Source of the DNA: Mustelus asterias
Taxonomy: Eukaryota
DNA length: 64,000 nucleotides
Direction of reading: 5' to 3'
Assembly: GCF_964213995.1 (NCBI RefSeq)
Contig: NC_135801.1
Span: 17,918,001 to 17,982,000, forward strand
Positions 1 through 45,243 of the stretch are shown piece after piece. The notes under the pieces were generated by a model that worked only from the letters and a program-made list of their open reading frames with translations, ran no database searches and was not told where the DNA came from. Positions within the stretch are counted from its first letter, which is position 1, and each line of letters begins with the position of its first letter. Made by a program: the position numbers and the translations under genes.

Positions 1-719
1 CACGCATAACATTAGCAATCATTATCTGCGCATACAAAATGTTAGTGATAAGCTGATTGGACTGTGCAAACAACTTAACCCTCAGTAATAAAAATAGCAC
101 ATGGTTAGCATTTATAATCCCCTTTTCCTGTTCCACAGAAAGTTGCTTCAATCTGTTATCCAGTGTCCCAGACAGACACATTCCTGAAGTTCCTTGGCCA
201 CTCCTCTTGTTTGGATCTGGCTCTTCAACCTCCTGTACTGTAACATAAATTACAGCATAGGAGGCCGCTGTCTAGATCTTTGGGCTTGTGCCAGAACCAG
301 CTCTACAACTGGAGTTATCTACTGAATATTTCTATTACAGCACTAGAAAGTAAGGAAGTTGCAGTCTTTATGCTAAACTCTATGTGGATGTGATTTAAGA
401 AATGGGAAGTGAAACAGTATAACAGTGTGCATTACAGGCGACTGAGGAGTGGCAGTGGAGGAGATCTGAAGACAGTTCAAAGAGAAATGCAAAAACAGGG
501 CAGGTTAATAAGGCTAGACTGTCCAAGTTTTGAAACATTGCTAACTTACAGCATATAAACTTTTAAGTTATTCAATAAACTGGCTAACTCTTGCTCTTGA
601 CTTGTTAGCTATCTAAACAGCCTAATCCTAAATTACTATCACCCATTTATATCAATTATAGGGTTCAATCTCAACTGTCACAGGGATCAAGGCTGGGGCT
701 TCAAGTATTTACAATCTAT

Positions 720-922
720 GGGGGCAATTCTCCCCCCAAAAAAAGTGTCGAATTCACGTGAAAATTTGAGTAAATCAAGCTGAATTTTTCAGCGGGAGTT
801 TCAAAGTGAATCTCCCACACTCTGTGCACTGCAGTGTCCTAGCGTGAGTGCCTCAGTGCCTCCTGATCGCTGGCCAGCCCTGTGACCCCAAAGTAGCACA
901 GTGGGCTGGGAGAATCACCTCC
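720..922. mobile_element. MITE-like non-autonomous DNA transposon
   Basis: 15-bp imperfect TIRs (GGGGGCAATTCTCCC and GGGAGAATCACCTCC), flanked by TAT on both sides, interrupting a CR1. Confidence 0.6.
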
Positions 923-1528
923 TATATCTTTGACTTGGATGAAGGGACTAAATTATAGTAGTTAAATTTACCAATGACACTGAAATAGGTCAGAAAGTAA
1001 GTTGTCAAGAGCATACACAAGAACATATAAATTAGATGCAGAAGTAGGTAATTCGGCACCGTGAACCTGCTCTGCCATTCAGCAAGATCTTGGCGGATTT
1101 GATTGTGGCCTCAACTCCACTGTTCTTCCTACCCCTTATACCCTTTGACTCCCTTGTCAATCAAGAACCTATCTAACGCAGCCTTTAAAACCTTCAATGA
1201 CTCTGTCGCCACTGTTCTCTGGGGAAGAATTCAACGGACTCACAAACCTCAGAAAACAAATTCTTTTCATATCTGTCTTAAATGGGAGAGCCTTGTTTTT
1301 AAAGTGTGTACCCTCATTCCAGTTTCTCCCACCAGGGGGAATGTCCTTTCAGCATCCACTCTGTCAAGTCATCTCAGGATCTTACTGTTCCGATAAGATC
1401 ACCTCTTATTCTTCTAAATTCCAATGTATCTAGGCCCAATGTGTCCAAACTTTTCTCATAGAATAACCCCCTCATCCCAAGAATCAGTCGAATGAATCTT
1501 CTCTGAATTATTTCTCATGCAATTAGAT

Positions 1529-1793
1529 AAGTTTATTTATTAGTCACAAGTAAGTTTACATTAACACTGCAATGAAGTTACTGTAAAAATCCCCTAGTCA
1601 CCACACTCCAGTACACTGAGGGAAAATTTAGCATGACCAATGCACCTAACCAGCATATCTTTCGGTCTGTGAGCGGAAACCGGAGAACCCAGCGGAAACC
1701 CACGTACAGAATATGCGAACTCCACACAGACAGTGACCCAAGCCTGGAATTGAACCCGCATCCCTGGCACTATGAGGCAGCAGTGCTAACCAC
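1529..1793 (-). mobile_element. HE1/V-type tRNA SINE, tail B
   Basis: tRNA-like head, V-type body, CAGTAACTTCATTGCAGTG tail. Confidence 0.85.
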
Positions 1794-1932
1794 TCCTTTC
1801 TTAAATAAGGAAACCCAAAACTGTACACAGTACTATACAACTGTAGCAAAAACATCTCCACTTTTATATTCCATCCCCCTTGCAATAAACAATGACATTA
1901 ATTTTGCTTTCCTAATCAGTTACTGTACCTAC

Positions 1933-2194
1933 ATCATAGAATCATAGAAACCCTACAGTGCAGAAAGAGGCCATTTGGCCCATCGAGTCTGCACCGACCA
2001 CAATCCCACCCAGGCCCTATCCCCATATCCCTACATATTTACCCGCTAATCCCTCGAATCTACCCATCTCAGGACACTAAGGGGCAATTTTAGCATGGCC
2101 AATCAACCTAACCCGCACATCTTTGAACTGTGGGAGGAAACCGGAGCACCCGGAGGAAACCCACGCAGACACGAGGAGAATGTGCAAACTCCAC
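1933..2194 (-). mobile_element. HE1/V-type SINE, tail A, 5'-truncated
   Basis: V-type body plus CR1-like GGGCCAAATGGCCT...TTCTATGA tail. Confidence 0.85.
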
Positions 2195-3160
2195 TGTTTT
2201 TGAGTATGAGAGGCGATGATCTTATTAAAACACAGGATCCTGAGGAGAGTTGATACCGTGGTTACCAGGAGGATGTTTCCACTTGTGAGCAACTAGAACT
2301 AGGAGCAGTTTAAAAATAAGATGTCTCTCTTTTAAGGCAGAGATTAGGAGAATTCCTTTCTCTCAGAGGGTGATAATTCTATGTAATTCTCTTCCCAGAA
2401 ACCAAGAGACTGAATTTATTCAAGGCTGATAATCAAGGGAGGCAAGGTTTATAGTGGGAAACATGACGGTGAAGTTCAGACCACAATCAGAGCTGCCATA
2501 ATCTTATCGAATGGTAGAGCAGGCTCGAAGGGCCAAATGGTCTACTCTTGCTTCGCAGTGCTATGTTCCTATAATATGAAAATCAACAATACAGCTGAAT
2601 AACTGTGACACATCTGAACTGCCTTTGGAACTTCTGATAACCATTTAATTTACTAACTATCTGCATACATTTAGAAATTTATATATTGCTCGTCATGGCA
2701 ACAATTTTGATGATTTGACAAGAAATTCACTCAGTCTATAACAAATCCCTTTGAACCGTCTTCAGATCTCCCCCACTTGCCATCTCCACTACCCAATGGC
2801 CTATAATGTACATGAAGCATTGTACCATTTCCCTATGCTGATTATAAGTTGGTATATGTTTACCCAATCCAAAATGGATGGTGCAAGACAGTATGTCAGA
2901 CCAAATATGAGCAATATTTACTCCCAATCATAAATTGGATGATAAAACCAACTTAGATGATCCAGGCATCTGTTCCCCAAAGAGGAGTGCATCCTGTGGT
3001 ACTAACTTGTGTCTAGCTGAAAGAATAAGATACAGTAAATATGTTGCACAATGCTCACCCTTGTGTGAACAATGGCCTCAGATGCTGCATGATATTATTC
3101 TACAGCTGCTATTAAAAGGTTGCGCCAGGTTGTACGAGTTGTCTAAGGAAAAGAAGTTAC

Positions 3161-35201
<32,041 letters not shown>

Positions 35202-35364
35202 CTCGACAGGCGGTGGTGTGTTGCCGGGGATGAAGTGAGAAAGCGGCCGGTAACAGCCCGATAAACCGGCGGATGGAATCCGATTAAACCCACCGGCCCG
35301 CCACTGTGCAGCTGCTCCCGGGAGCACTGCGCATGCGCCACCTCTGTCTCTCTGGCTATAAACT

Positions 35365-36857
35365 CATGATGTGGAGATGCCGGCGTTGGACTGGGGTCAA
35401 CACAGTGAGAAGCCTCACAACACCAGGTTAAAGCCCAACAGATTTATTTGGTAGCACAAGCTTTCGGAGTCTCGCTCCTTCTTCAGGTGAGTGAGGAGTT
35501 GTGTTCACAAACAGAGCATATACAGACACAAACTCAATTAACAAAATAATGGTTGGAATGCGAGTCTTTACAGGTAATCAAGTCTCAAAGGTACAGACAA
35601 TGTGAGTGGAGAGAGCGTTAAGCACAGGTTAAAGAGATGTGTATTGTCTCCAGACAGGACAGTTAGTGAGATTTTGCAAGCCAAGGCAAGTTGTGGGGGT
35701 TACAGATAGTGTGACATGAACCTAAGATTCCCAGTTGAGGCCATCCTCATGTGTGTGGAACTTGGCTATCAGTTTCTGCTCAGTGATTCTGTGCTGTCGT
35801 GTGTCGTGAAGGCCGCCTTGGAAAACGCTTACCCGAAGATCAGAGGCTGAATGCCTGTGACTGCTGAAGTGTTCCCCAACAGGAAGAGAACACTCTTGCC
35901 TGGTGGTTGTTGAGCGGTGTTCATTCACCCGTTGTCGTAGCGTCTGCATGGTCTCCCCAATGTACCATGCCATGGGACATCCTTTCCTGCAGCGTATCAA
36001 GTAGACAACGTTGGCCGAGTTGCAAGTGTATGTACCGTGTACCTGGTGGATGGTGTTCTCACGTGAGATGATGGCATCTGTGTCGATGATCCGGCACGTC
36101 TTGCAGAGGTTGCTGTGGCAGGGTTGTGTGGTGTCGTGGTCACTGTTCCCCTGAAGGCTGAGTAGTTTGCTGCGGACAATGGTCTGTTTGAGGTTGTGTG
36201 GTTGTTTGAAGGCAAGAAGTGGGGGTGTGGGGATGGCCTTGGCGAGATATTCGTCTTCATCGATGACATGTTGAAGGCTCCAGAGAAGATGTCGTAGCTT
36301 CTCTGCTCCGGGGAAGTACTGGACGACGAAGGGTACTCTGTCCACCGTGTCCCGTGTTTGTCTTCTGAGGAGGTCGGTGTGGTTTTTCGCTGTGGCACTT
36401 CGGAACTGTCGATCGATGTGTCGAGCGCCATATCCTGTTCTTATGAGGGCATCTTTCAGCGTCTGAAGGTGTCTGTTGCGATCCTCCTCATCTGAGCAGA
36501 TCCTGTGTATACAGAGGGCTTGTCCGTAGGGGATGGCTTCTTTAACATGTTTAAGGTGGAAGCTGGAGAAGTGGAGCATCGTGAGGTTATCCATGGGCTT
36601 GCGATACAGTGAAGTGCTGAGGTGACTGTCCTTGACAGAGATGTGTGTGTCCAAGAATACAACCGATTCTGGAGAGTAGTCCATGGTGAGTCTGATGGTG
36701 GGATGGAACTTGTTGATGTCATCATATAGTTGTTTCAGTGATTGTTCACCATTTGTCATCGATGTATCTAGTGTATAGCATCGGTTGAAGGTCCTGTGCG
36801 GTGAAGAGGTTTTGTTGCTGGTTTGATGACATCTTCATGCACAGGTTCGAACAAGAC
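35365..36857 (-). mobile_element. Penelope-like retroelement, 5'-truncated (RT C-terminus, GIY-YIG endonuclease, pLTR)
   Basis: RYIDD near 36760; ORF 35722-36759 with NVVYLIRC...WYIGET...LRQRVNEH GIY-YIG motif; pLTR contains a hammerhead. Confidence 0.92.
35455..35489 (-). ncRNA. Minimal type I hammerhead ribozyme in a PLE pLTR
   Basis: CAC CUGAAGA A GGAG-CGAGA-CUCC GAAA GC UU GUG. Confidence 0.8.
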
Positions 36858-37148
36858 CTAGAATTTAGCCGCACAGTCATAGGTGTATAAGGAGTATAGT
36901 AGGGGCTGAGAACACAGCCTTGTGGGGCACCGGAGTTGAGGATGATTGTGGAGGAGGTGTTGTTACCTATCCTTACTGATTGTGGTCTGTGAGTTGTTAG
37001 GAAGTTCAGGATCTAGTCGCAGAGGGAGGAGCCGAGGCCCAGGCCATGGAATTTGGAGATGAGTTTCGTGGGATTAATAGTTTGAAGGCTGAGCTGCGGT
37101 CAACAAAAAGGAGTCTGACATAGGTGTCCTTGTTATCTAGGTGTTCCA
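36858..37148 (-). mobile_element. Rex/L2-like LINE RT fragment
   Basis: [20 protein letters not shown] and GAPQGCVLSPLLYSLYT motifs. Confidence 0.8.
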
Positions 37149-37279
37149 GGACACTGTCTCTGGATATAAACTCACTCACAGAGAGGACACTGTCTCTTGA
37201 TGTAAACTCATTCATAAAGAATACTATCTCTCAATATAAACTCGTTCACTGAGGGAGAGAGGACACTATCTCTGGATAT
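37149..37279. repeat. ~36-bp tandem repeat with further pieces at 35343-35366 and 42066-42110
   Basis: Unit GGACACTGTCTCTGGATATAAACTCACTCACAGAGA. Confidence 0.75.
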
Positions 37280-38008
37280 TGTGATGTTAGTGTACCTTTA
37301 AGAGTTTTTAAAAATTCATGCTGACAGCCTTAAGTGCTTAGGCATTGTTGGGAAGGAGAAAAAAAAACTGTGGGCAGGTCAGGTGACAAGGATTGATTTC
37401 AGTTTTGAGCTACAGGCTAGAGTTTATTGCTTTTGTTTTGGAAAGGATAGCAAGCTCAAAAAGAAGTGTTTTACCCTTTCCTATTGATTAGTTGAAAACA
37501 AGATCTTGTTTTCCTAAAGGGTGAAAGTTTGTTGTTGTTGGGGACTAGACTAGACGCTCTGATGCTTTTGGGAAGCTGTCTTATCTTCAAACTATTTGGA
37601 ATGAACGGAGAGAACTGCAGACTTCAACCAAAGGACTCAAATTTCCATTATCATGTGAGTGCGTCTGTGCTGTGTTAAACCTGTAAAAATGTTTTTTTTA
37701 GTCTATGGGTTTTGGTTTAATTGGAACACAATGTCTAACTGTTAATGAACATATTCATTAACGGGTTATACATTATAGTGGTTTTGTTTCTTGTTTGTAA
37801 TTGATAAACCTTCTTGCTAATTTTATTACTATACACGTTGACTATATTCTTAAATAAACGTTTTGCTAAAAGCTCTCTAGTGGGTCTTTTGAATCACACC
37901 TGAAGTGAAACATCTCGTGCTTATCCTAACCAAATCCAAGATGCAAAACGTATGATTCAGGTGGGCCTCATAAAACACTTTTTGGAGTTTCTAACCTGAA
38001 CCATAACA
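37280..38008 (+). repeat. LTR of the Gypsy element
   Basis: Termini TGTGATG and CATAACA (imperfect inverted repeat); internal AATAAA. Confidence 0.75.
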
Positions 38009-38009
38009 T

Positions 38010-38286
38010 TTGATTTATTATTGTCACATGTATTGGCATACAGTGAAAAGTATTGTTTCTTGTGCGCTATACAGATAAAGTATACCATTCATAGAGAAGG
38101 AAAGGAGAGGGTGCAGAGTGTAGTGTTGCAGTCATGGCTGGGGTGTGGAGAGGGATCAGCTTGGTGCAGGGTGGGTCCATTCGGGAGTCTCATGGCAGCG
38201 GCGAAGAAGCTGTTCTTGAGTCGGTTGGTGCGTGACCTCAGACTTTTGTATCTTTCTCCCGATGGAAAAAGGTGGAAGAGAGAATG
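38010..38286 (-). mobile_element. Rex/L2-like LINE 3' end inserted just after the LTR
   Basis: RLKNSFF motif and 3'UTR shared with 45244-45490. Confidence 0.75.
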
Positions 38287-39659
38287 TCCCTCGTTGGGTT
38301 AAAATCTATATTTTTTGATTGATTTGGGATTATTGAACTCCAAGACAGTGTGTGGTGAGCATATTGGTGTTTTCTTTTCTGATGTTGTATTCAGATTTAA
38401 ATAGGAAGTGCCTTGTGGCATAAAGACTCTTTCAGAGGCTAAGAAGTTCTTGGGGGTGGAGGAAGCCACACAAGGTAGTTTACAAAAGGTGACTAAAACA
38501 AAACTTTTGGAATTGACAAAAACATTGCAGTTGACATTGCCTGACAGTGTATGGAAGCGGAAGATAATTGTGGCTATAGCTCAGCATTTAAAATTGCCAG
38601 AAACACAGTCAGAATCATTGGAAATGACTAGAACTCAATTACAAATGAAACAATCTGAACATGAAAAAGAATTAAAGCAGCTTGAATTCGAAATAAAGGA
38701 AAGAGAGAGGGTAACAAAAGAAAGGACAGCCCTAGCAACAAAAGGCCAAAGAAAGGGATCCAATTGCAGCAGAAAAAGCAAAAGAAAGGGAGGCTATTGC
38801 AGCAGAAAATGGGAGGGACAAAAAGCAAAAGAATTGAAACAGTTTGAATTACAACAAGAAAATAAATGAAACTGCTTGAATTTCAGGCAAGGGAAAAAGA
38901 GAGAGAATTGAAACTTCAGAAACTGGAAAGACAATTTGAACTTGAAATGTTAGAAGTGCAAATGCGTAAACTGTGAGGTTAGCAGCAGAAATGGCAGATG
39001 ATAATGAATTAATTCATAAATCAAAGTTTGGTTTCCGACATCAGTTTCAGCCAATGAGGGATAGAAACTGGGGAAAAGAGAAATATTCAGGTGGTAAAGG
39101 TAAAGAAGATCTTGTTGAAGATAATAAAGACAGTGTACCTCAGGTTAAAAAGGAAATACAGGAAGGTGGAAGAGAAATGAAAAGCCTCAAAATGTTTTCA
39201 CTGTAATAAATTAGGCCATGCAAAGTTGCAGTGGTGCTGGTTTAAGAAAAGCCCTGGGAAGACTGACCTGGTAAAACAGGATAAACCATTGGGGTTTGTT
39301 AAAGTAATAAAGGAAAGCCCAGTAGAAGCAAAAGAAGGTACAGCCTGGTCAGGAGTTGATTGATAAGAAAGTGCCGGATCTCTTTAAAGAATTTACTTAT
39401 GTGGATAAAGTTTACTCGTGTATACCAGGAGGAGTAGGTGAAGAAGTTAAAATTTTAAGAGATAAGGGAGCAAGTCAATTTTTGATGGTAAGAGGAGTTA
39501 TTGCCAGAAAAGGTAGTAATGCGTGAAATTCAAGGTGAGGAGTAGTGTTCCATAATACAAGGTAAGGTTGGAGAGTCCAGTGAAGAGAGATGAAGTGGTA
39601 GTAGGAGCAATAGAGAAATTGTCTTGTCCAGGAATACGGTTTATCTTGGCTAATGATAT

Positions 39660-40115
39660 AAGAACATAAGAACTAGGAGCAGGAGTAGGCCATCTGGCCC
39701 CTCGAGCCTGCTCCGCCATTCAATAAGATCATGGCTGATCTTTTTGTGGACTCAGCTCCACTTACCTGCCTGCTCACCATAACCCTTAATTCCCTTACTG
39801 TTCAAAAATGTATCTATCCTTGCCTTAAAAACATTCAGTGAGGTAGCCTCAACTGCTTCACTGGGCAGGGAATTCCACAGACTCATGACCTTTTGTGTGA
39901 AGAAATTCCTCCTCAACTCAGTCCTAAATCGGCTTCCCCTTATTTTGAGGCTATGCCCCCTAGTTCTAGTTTCACCCGCCAGTGGAAACAACTTCCCTGC
40001 TTCTTTCTTTTCTATTCTCTTCATAATCTTATGTTTCTATAAGATCTCCCCTCCTTCTTCTGAATTCCAAAGAGTATAGCCCCAGTCTACTCAGTCTGTC
40101 CTCATAAGCCAACCC
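39660..40115 (-). mobile_element. CR1 3' fragment inserted in the Gypsy element
   Basis: TRGHSLKIRG...RRNFFTQKV; TAAGAACA tail. Confidence 0.88.
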
Positions 40116-41531
40116 TATAGCTGGCTCACAGATGGGAGCAATGCCTACTGTGGTTGAAAAGCCAGTGGAGAATCAAACAACTAAGCCGGTGAAGCATGCA
40201 TATCCTGGGACCTTTCCTGAATGATATAGAAATAAAACAGTTGTAAGAGAAAGCATACATGGAAGAGGAATCTGAGTGCATACCAGAATGTTACTACCTT
40301 AAAAATGATGTCTTAATGAGGAAATGGAGACCTTTTACATATTCAGGCGGATGAAAAGTGGGTAGAAGTTCATCAAGTGGTATTGCTGGTAGGGTATAGA
40401 AAGGAGATGTTGTAAGTAGCACATGAGGTATCAGTAGGAGGTCACTTGGGAGTAAGGAAAACTCAAGCGAAAATACAAAAACATTTTTATTGACCTGGAC
40501 TGCATAAAGATGTAGTTACATTTTGTTAGTCATGTCACACATGTCAAGTGATAGGGAAACCTCAAGTGGTGATGAAACCAGCACCCTTGACGCCCATTCC
40601 AGCATTTGACGAATCATTTACCAGGGTCTCAATTGATTATGTGGGACCCCTTCCTAAAACGAAAAATCAATATCTGGGAATCAATATCTATTGACTATAA
40701 TGGAAGTTATGGATATCTTGGGAATAAAACAATTTAAATCTACTGCGTACCATCCAGAATCACGGAGGGCTAGAGTGGTGGCATTAAACTTTAAAGACAA
40801 TGTTGAGAGGTTATTGTCAAAATTTTCCAGAGAATTGGGATAAAGGAATTCATTTGTACTCTTTGCAATTAGGGATGCACCTAATGAGTCGTCAAAATTC
40901 AGTCCATTTGAATTGATTTTTGATTATGGGGTAAGGGGACCACTTAAATTGATTAAGGAGAAAGTGGTGAGTGAGTGTTCTGAGACTACATTATTGGGCT
41001 ACATGTCAAATTTTAGGGAAAGGTTGAATAGAGCAGGTGAATTGGCTAGACAACATTTAAAAGTAGCACAGCATGCGATGAAACAGGAAGCAGGGAAGAA
41101 TTCAAAAATTTGTAGTTTTGCTAGTGGGGATAAATTCTTAGTACTGCTACCAGTGGTAGGTGAACCTTTAAAAGCAAGGTTTAGTCGGCCTTATGAAATT
41201 GAAAGGAAATTGAGTGAGGTAAATTATTTGATAAGAACATCAGAGAGAAGGAAAACTCTTGTGTGTATGTGAATATACTTAAAAGGTATTTTGATTGGGA
41301 AGGAGAGCAAAAGGAGGAGGTTTTAGTGGTTATAACTCAGAGGGAAGAACCAAATCCAGATGACTCTGAATTTGACATTCCCCAAGTTAAGTTGGATAAC
41401 GAGGATGTTATTAAAAATTGGGATAAATTATTGAGTAACCTTGCAGAGAACAATCGAAGTGATCTGAAAGAGTTATTAATATCACATGGACAAGTATGTG
41501 GGAATAAGTTGGGAAGAACTAGAATGTAGTA

Positions 41532-41829
41532 GGGGCAGCATGGTGGCACAGTGGTTAGCACTGCTGTCTCATAGCGCCAGGGACCCGGGTTTGATTCCCG
41601 GCTTGGGTCACTGTCTGTGTGGAGTTTGCACATTCTCCCCGTGTCTGTGTGGGTTTCCTCTGGGTGCTCCAGTTTCCTCCCACAGTCTGAAAGACGTGCT
41701 GGTTAGGTGCATGGACCCGAACAGGCGCTGGAGTGTGGCGACGTTAATTTCACAGTAACTTCATTGCAGTGTCAGTGTAAGCCTTACTTGTGACTAATAA
41801 ATTAACTTTAACTTTTACTTTTAACTTTA
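41532..41829 (+). mobile_element. HE1/V-type SINE, tail B, inside the Gypsy element
   Basis: Flanked by a TAGAATG repeat; ACTTT(T)A-repeat end. Confidence 0.9.
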
Positions 41830-42294
41830 GAATGGTTATACATGGTGCAGATGTAGGAAATGCTGTTCCAATTAAGCAACCTCCTTGACTTAACCCTCTA
41901 AAATTGGCACAGGTTCAAAAGCAGTTTGAAAGTATGCTTCAAAATGACATAACTGAAGTGAGTGGCACTCACCCATAGTGATGGTACCCAACGATTGTGT
42001 GTGGGCTGTAGGAAAGTTAAAGCAGTTACGAAATCAGACTCTTATCCTATTTCACAGAGGGTGCGAAGACACTATCTCTGGATATATACTCACTCCGAGG
42101 ACACTCTCACACTCCAAAAATGTGCTAGTTAGGTTGATTGGCCATGCCAAATTGCCCCTTTAGTGTCAGGGGTCCTGGGGTGGGGGGGGAGGGTTTCAAG
42201 GATAGGACCTGGTTGGGATTGTTGTCAGTGCAGGCTCGATAGGTCAAATGGCCTCCTCCTTCACTATAGGGATTCTATGATTTTTTTTTTCCAT

Positions 42295-45243
42295 CGGGAA
42301 TAGGTCAATAAGTATAGAGGCTGGGGACAAGGTTGGGGCCAAGACAAGGCAATCTAAGAGGAAGAGCGTTCTGGGGGAGGATGACCTCAGTGGGCTTGGA
42401 GGTCTGGAGTGCATCTGCTTCAATGCAAGGAGCGTCATGGGCAAGATAGACGAGCTTAGAGTCTTAATGCTTGCGCGGAACTTGGATGTGGTTGCAGTGA
42501 CGGAGACTTGGTTAAAAGAAGGACAGGACTGGCAGCTGAATATTCCGGGGTATAAGTGTTTTAGGCGAGACAGAGGAGGGGCTAGGAGAGCTGCGGGAAT
42601 AGCAATGCTGGTTAGGGAGCATATTACAGCGGTACAGAGGGTGGACAGTTTGGAAGGGTCAGGTAACGAGTCACTGTGGATGGAGCTCAGAAACAGGAAG
42701 GGCGCAGTCACTATGCTGGGGGTATACTACAGGCCTCCCAACAGCCCACGGGAAGTTGAGGAACGGATATGTAAGAAGATTCTGGACAGGTGCAGAAAAA
42801 ATAGGGTTGTTGTAGTGGGAGACTTTAATTTCCCTCACATAGACTGCAAATCGCTTAGGGCTGCAGGCCTGGACGGAGAAGAATTTATAAAATGCGTACA
42901 TTCTTTGGAACAATATGTTGACAGTCCAACTAGAGAGGGGGCTATACTGAACTTAGTACTGGGGAATGAGCCCGGTCAGGTCATCAAAGTTTCAGTAGGG
43001 GAACATGTGGCAAATAGTGACCACAATTCTGTAAACTTTAGGATAGTAATGGAAAAAGATGAGTGTTGTCCTATGGGTAAGGTACTGAATTGGGGGAAGG
43101 CTAACTACAGCCGGATTAGGCAGGATTTGGTGGCTGTTGATTGGGAGAGGCTGTTAGAGGGTAAATCCACATCTGGCATGTGGGAGTCTTTTAAGGAGTA
43201 GTTGATAGGACTGCAGGTCAGGCACGTGCCTGTAAAGAGGAAGGATAGGAAAGGTAGGATTCGGGAGCCGTGGATAACCAGTGAAATTGTGGGTCTAATC
43301 AAAAAGAAAAAAAGAGGCATACATGAGGTCCAGGCAGCTAAAAACAGATGGAGCACTGGAGGAATACAGAGAAAGTAGAAAAGAACTCAAACAGGGAGTT
43401 AGAAGGGCAAAAAGGGGTAATGAAATGTCCTTGGCAGACAGGATTCAGGAGAATCCTAATGGCATTTTATACATACGTTCGGAACAAGAGGGTTGTTAGG
43501 GAAAGAATCGGACCTCTCATGGACAAAGGAGGGGAATTATGCTTAGAACCAAAGGAAGTAGGAGAGATCCTAAATGAATACTTTGCATCAGTATTCACAA
43601 AGGAGAGGGACATGTTGACTGGTAGTGTCTCAGAGAGATGTGTTGACCCGTTAGAAAAAATCTCAATTACAAGGGAGGAAGTGTTAGGTTTTTTAAGAAA
43701 CATTAAGACAGACAAATCCCCAGGGCCGGATGGCATCTATCCTAGACTCCTCAGGGAGGCAAGAGATTAAATTGCTGGGCCTCTAACAGAAATCTTTGTC
43801 TCTTCATTGGACACAGGTGAGGTCCCAGAGGATTGGAGGATAGCAAATGTGGTCCCGTTATTTAAGAAGGGTAGCAAGGATAACCCGGATAATTATAGGC
43901 CGGTGAGCTTGACGTCCGTGGTAGGGAAATTGTTGGAGAAGATTCTTAGAGATAGGATATATGCGCATTTAGAACTGAATAATCTCATTAGCGATAGACA
44001 GCATGGTTTTGTACGAGGGAGATCATGCCTCACAAATGTGGTTGAGTTTTTTGAGGAGGTGACAAAAACGATTGACGAGGGAAGGGCCGTGGATGTCGTC
44101 TATATGGATTTTAGTAAAGCGTTTGACAAGGTCCCTCATGGCAGGCTGGTGCAAAAGGTTAAATCTCACGGGATAAAAGGTGAGCTAGCTAGATGGGTGG
44201 AGAACTGGCTTAGCGATAGAAGACAGAGGGTAGCAGTGGAGGGGTCTTTTTCTGGTTGGAGGTCTGTGACTAGTGGTGTTCCGCAGGGCTCTGTACTGGG
44301 ACCTCTGCTGTTTGTGATATATATAAATGATTTGGAGGAAGATGTAGCTGGTGTGATCAGTAAGTTTGCGGATGACACAAAGATTGCTGGAGTTGTGGAT
44401 AGTGATGAACATTGTCAGAGAATACTTCAGGATATAGATAGGCTGGAACATTGGGCGGAGAAATGGCAGATGGAATTTAATCCAGGTAAATGCGAAGTGA
44501 TGCATTTCGGTAGATCTAATGTAAGGGGGAGCTATACAATAAATGGCAGAACCATCAGGAGGACACAGAAGGACCTGGGTGTACAAGTCCACAGATCCTT
44601 AAAGGTGGCAGCACAGGTGGAGAGGGTGGTGAAGAAGGCATATGGCATGCTTGCCTATATTGGACGAGCATAGAATATAAAAGTTGGCATATGATGTTGC
44701 AGCTGTATAGAATGTTGGTTAGGCCACATTTGAAATACTGCATCCAGTTCTGGTCGCCACACTACCAGAAGGACTTGGAGGGAGTACAGAAAAGGTTTAC
44801 CAGGATGTTGCCTGGTATGGAGGGTCTTAGCTATGGGGAGAGATTGAGTAAACTGGGGATGTTCTCCCTGGAAAGATGGAGGATGAGAGGCGACCTAATA
44901 GAGGTGTATAAAATTATGAAGGGCATAGATAGGGTGAACAGTGGGAAGCTTTTTCCCAGGTCGGAGGTGACGAACACAAGGGGTCACAGGTTCAAGGTGA
45001 GGGGGGCAAGGTTCAACACAGATGTCAGGGGGACGTATTTTACACAGAGGGTGGTGGAGGCCTGGAATGCACTGCCAAGCAAGCTGATTGAGGCGGACAC
45101 ACTGGGATCATTTAAGACTTATCTAGATAGCCACATGAACAGACTGGGAATAGAGGGATACAAACGAATGGTCTAGTTGGGCACATGAGCGGCGCAGGCT
45201 TGGAGGGCCGAAGGGCCTGTTCCTGTGCTGTATTGTTCTTTGA
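42295..45243 (+). mobile_element. CR1 LINE with near-complete but disrupted ORF2 (APE endonuclease and RT)
   Basis: VTETWL, GVYYRPP, VVGDFN and SDHN endonuclease motifs; RT KFADD; stops and frameshifts. Confidence 0.95.

Larger units (their letters stand above)
660..2570. mobile_element. Nested CR1 fragments in both orientations, with SINE and MITE insertions
   Basis: CR1 RT remnant on plus (660-1015), 3' end on minus (1020-1930), 3' end on plus (2195-2570). Confidence 0.7.
37280..42060 (+). mobile_element. Decayed Gypsy LTR retrotransposon with Gmr1-like order (gag-PR-IN-RT); 3' part missing
   Basis: 5' LTR TG...CA at 37280-38008; gag knuckle CFHCNKLGH near 39200; protease ILRDKGA near 39455; integrase HHCC at ~40420-40550; RT N-terminus at ~41830-42050. 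Confidence 0.88.

Noticed and set aside
42437-45176. Endonuclease and RT ORFs as an active LINE or domesticated gene
   Set aside because: ORF2 is broken by several stops and frameshifts, and ORF1 is absent.
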